From positions 288,001-352,000 of the forward strand of contig CAVRAO010000008.1 of assembly GCA_963719035.1 (NCBI GenBank): a stretch of DNA of 64,000 nt, given 5' to 3'. The notes below the pieces were generated by a model. That model saw only the letters and a list, made by a program, of their open reading frames with translations. It did not search any database and was not told the origin of the DNA. The stretch is from Methanobacteriota archaeon. GTDB taxonomy: Archaea > Halobacteriota > Bog-38 > Methanoflorentales > Methanoflorentaceae. The translations under genes were made by a program, and so were the position numbers. Shown in pieces: positions 60,860 through 64,000 of the stretch (position 1 is the first letter of the stretch; every line of letters begins with the position of its first letter).

Positions 60860-61585
60860 TCGCGTGCGCTTACGAACTGTTCATACAAGCCCTTGATTTC
60901 GAAGGGGCTGTATTCCTCCGCCGGACCGAAAATACCGATGAACTATGGATTGTTGTTGGTGAGAGCCTTCCCACGGTAAGACGCATTTCAGATGGAACTG
61001 CTTCTCCCCAAGACTTTGAAAGAGGTGAATACTTTTCCGTCGGTCGCGTATTTGCCATAAAAAGGAAAGGCGAAGAACTCACCGCTTGTCTGAAACTCAT
61101 GGAACTATTGTTCCGCGCCACGTACGGCTTCGAGCACCCGGAGAAATTCATTGCCCCTGGAATCGTCGACAAGTCCGCGTACGACAGGCTACTTAAACGA
61201 CTCGATGATGAACATGAAGAAAACCGGCGGAAGGCACGAGAAGGGGAGACCGAAATTATAAAAGTTGCACGGGAGCTGGGCTTTCCCCGAAACCTACTGG
61301 CGAGGGTCCCAGTCATTGGTTCGCCAGGTGTCCAGGGAAGATCCACGGCAAAACTCGGAATCATGTCCTCATTCATCGACGCTGCAGAGGACTGCTTCCG
61401 GTTGCGGATGGTGCCGCCGTAAAGGTGGTGTGGAAGAGCTTCGAGCATTTGTAAGGGAACGCAAAGATGAGAAGAAAAGAGGTGGGTCGGACGAAGAATT
61501 ATGCGCAAAAGAATCGGATGAGGATAAATGGCAGGCCAGACGTGGTCTCTATGGAGTTAGGAGGTGTAGAAAAGAAAGAAGATAA
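60860..61585 (+). pseudogene. Frameshifted hypothetical protein with C-terminal zinc-binding domain
   Basis: ARELG..P...HWFARCP...NH...GCGWCRRKGG reconstructed across about 3 frame changes. Confidence 0.55.
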
Positions 61586-62538
61586 AGGTCCGATAAAAAA
61601 AGAGCGGCAAGAATCAAAATATGGCGAAGAATTAGTAGAACTCGGTTATAGACTTGAAAAAGGGCTTGGTTTTGACCAGGATTATGGCAAGGCTATGGAG
61701 CTTTATACATTAGCCAGCGCCGAGGGTAATAGTACGGCTATGAACAACATCGGCTGGCTTTATCTGAATGGTCTGGGAGTCAAGCGTAATTTAAAAGCTG
61801 CAGTCGAGTGGTTCGAAAAAGCAGCCCAATCTGATAACACGAGAGCCATGATCAACCTTGGCAACATACGCGAGGCATATGGATTGGATGACGAAGGCAA
61901 TCCTGACTACAAAGGCGCGATGAAATGGTACACAGAAGCCGCCCAATTGGGAGATCCAAAAGCCAAATTGAATCTTGGCAATCTGTATCACTATGGGCAT
62001 GGGGTCAGGAAAAATTACAGAAACGCTGCCGAGATCTATAAAGAGCTGGCCATGTCAGGATATGTAAAAGCATACTTTTACATGGGACTGTACTTCCAGA
62101 ATGGATTTCATTTTAAGCAAAACTACGATGCAGCTAGATATTTCTATGAAATGGGAGCAACCGCCAACGATTCTCTCAGTATGATGAACCTGGGTGTAAT
62201 GTACGGCAAAGGACTAGGAGTAGAGGTCGATAACGAAAAGGCTTTGTCCTGGTATAAACAGGCAGGCGAAAGAGGTGACCCCCTGGCATTTGTAAACATC
62301 GGTTGGTTCTTTGAAAAGGGACTTGCGGTCGAGCAGGATTACAAACAGGCTGTTTATTGGTATAAAAAAGGGGGCTGATGCCCGGGAACCCCATGCTATG
62401 AACAATTTAGGGGCAATGTATGAGCGCGGGCTGGGTGTCAAGAAAGACCAAAAGAAGGCGGAATATTGGTATGCCAAAGCCAGGGACGCGCTGGAGCCTC
62501 AACCGTTTTTAGAAAGCCCTGCGACTGAAATTAACTGA
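61467..62538 (+). CDS. Sel1-like repeat protein, +1 frameshift in G-run 62370-62374
   Basis: Repeated A..NLG.MY..G.GV..D...A..WY..AA units continuing in ORF 62311-62538. Confidence 0.88.
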
Positions 62539-62690
62539 TGGAGAGTGTTATGAAAAACGAAACAAGAGGCATTGAAGAGCTTGAAAATCAATTCGAGCTA
62601 ATAGATGACATCATTTGTTATGAATGTAGGCAAACTAAAATAGGCGCATGTCTCTGGCTAGATGGAGAATGTCCACTTGATCTGCTATAA
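62538..62690 (+). CDS. 50-aa Cys-containing microprotein
   Basis: TGATG overlap with the Sel1 stop; MESVMKNETRGIEELENQFELIDDIICYECRQTKIGACLWLDGECPLDLL. Confidence 0.45.
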   Translation: MESVMKNETRGIEELENQFELIDDIICYECRQTKIGACLWLDGECPLDLL

Positions 62691-62944
62691 GTTGTAAATC
62701 AACATACCCAAAGCGTATGAATATGACATTCCAACAAGCGCGGCAGCTATAGGGAGATAAAACGCCAAACGATTCACATTTTCTAGAAATGCTTGATTCA
62801 GAGGATCTTGAACGTCTGAGCGGTTTTAAGATATTCGCGTTTCATATCGGGCTAGACGAATTCAAGCCCGAATATCTCAGGCAAATGGACACTGTCTCGA
62901 TCTCATCCTATACACTGAGAGCTTAGGAAACTTCGTGGAGGACG

Positions 62945-63238
62945 ATGATGAACCTAGCTAGTATTATTGTAGCATTCTTCTTGATTTGCTTGATAATAGC
63001 GGTGCCGCCATTTGGCATTTTGGTTCTTATATTTTATGTAATATGGTGGATTTTTGATTCGGGAAAGAACGATCAGTGTCCAACAACAGAGGTCACAGTA
63101 ACAACTGAGATTCCGAGTAATACGTTTGTAGTTACGACTGATCAAAATGGATATATTTCAAATGTCGAGCCATTCGAAAGCGTGGAATTTGTTAGAGACG
63201 AGGAGGGTAAAAAATGGGAACACTGGGAGCATTTGTAG
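62945..63238 (+). CDS. Hypothetical membrane protein
   Basis: GGAGGA RBS; N-terminal hydrophobic hairpin. Confidence 0.55.
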   Translation: MMNLASIIVAFFLICLIIAVPPFGILVLIFYVIWWIFDSGKNDQCPTTEVTVTTEIPSNTFVVTTDQNGYISNVEPFESVEFVRDEEGKKWEHWEHL

Positions 63239-63393
63239 GAGTTTTATTATTCCATAAGTTGTTCCAAGCTGCTTCCTCAAACTAGAAGCACGACTAAGCA
63301 CAATAGCGTGACAACGAATGTTTGATGTAACTGATATCGTCGAAGCGATGTGCGGGCGAACGCGCATACGTGGTTAGTGTGTAAGGTATCGAA

Positions 63394-63867
63394 ATGGCAG
63401 CTAATTTCTGTACGCACTGCGGAGTGAATCTCCTTAAAGAGCATAAGTTCTGCCCTAACTGTGGACAACCAGCCTCTGCTGCATCTACAATACAACACAT
63501 TGACTATGTTGATTTAGGCGACTATGGTGCACAACCGATTGCACAACCGGTATACCAACAATATCAACAGGCACCAACATCACCAGTGCCAGTATATCTC
63601 TCAGACAGAAAGAATCCCGGTGTTGCCGCAGTCTTATCCTTCTTTTGGGCTGGACTTGGTCAAATTTACAACGGACAACTAGCGAAGGGGATCGGTTTCA
63701 TGGTGTTATACGCGTTCAGCGTCCTCTTGATATTCGTGCTGATTGGTCTCCTACTCGCTCCGATTGTGTGGCTCATCGGAATGTGGGATGCGTACAATAC
63801 AGCTCAACAGTTCAACGAAAGACAATTGCAGAACGAAAGATTATATTATGAGAGTCTTAGGCGATAG
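63394..63867 (+). CDS. Zinc-ribbon plus TM2-like membrane protein
   Basis: FCTHCG..FCPNCG, P/Q linker, KNPGVAAVLSF..GLGQIYNG. Confidence 0.8.
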   Translation: MAANFCTHCGVNLLKEHKFCPNCGQPASAASTIQHIDYVDLGDYGAQPIAQPVYQQYQQAPTSPVPVYLSDRKNPGVAAVLSFFWAGLGQIYNGQLAKGIGFMVLYAFSVLLIFVLIGLLLAPIVWLIGMWDAYNTAQQFNERQLQNERLYYESLRR

Positions 63868-64000
63868 ATTGCTTGTCCCTTTGGGAGCGATTCTTAGAAC
63901 TAAATCCCCCTTCCCTTTTTCACCGCGCTTAATGTACCTCGTCGGCCCCACGTTACTTCGAAACCTCGTGCTGTCAACACGTCTGCAATTTTTGCGCCGT

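Noticed and set aside
1-64000. CRISPR array, rRNA, intact transposase or integrase
   Set aside because: No repeat-spacer periodicity, rRNA signatures or DDE/tyrosine recombinase motifs seen

Overview
Archaeal chromosomal window, most likely a Methanomicrobia-like member of Halobacteriota. The evidence is the fni-rnj-idsA-gltX cluster, dph5/dph6, trm5, mch, archaeal DnaG, a PolB3-type polymerase and an intron-containing tRNA-Leu. Layout: 1-14.7 kb housekeeping genes plus grpE-dnaK-dnaJ-nadE; 14.8-34.5 kb a glycan/cell-envelope cluster (two GlmU-like genes, GlmM, WecB-like, AglH/GPT, flippase, GT4, GT-C, SDRs, radical SAM); 34.5-53.4 kb core genes; 53.4-64 kb an accessory and partly decayed region. 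Main observations: (1) a coupled BshC-like ligase plus PIG-L/BshB-like deacetylase pair inside the glycan cluster; (2) PolB split into two adjacent genes right after motif C; (3) an unannotated three-hairpin box H/ACA guide RNA with identifiable 23S targets; (4) grpE apparently starting at ATT behind a CIRCE-like inverted repeat; (5) three enzymes lacking canonical catalytic residues (MetE-core, WecB, 4,6-dehydratase). Four otherwise intact genes carry single +1 frameshifts that may be consensus errors. All family calls come from motif recognition by eye; no searches were run.
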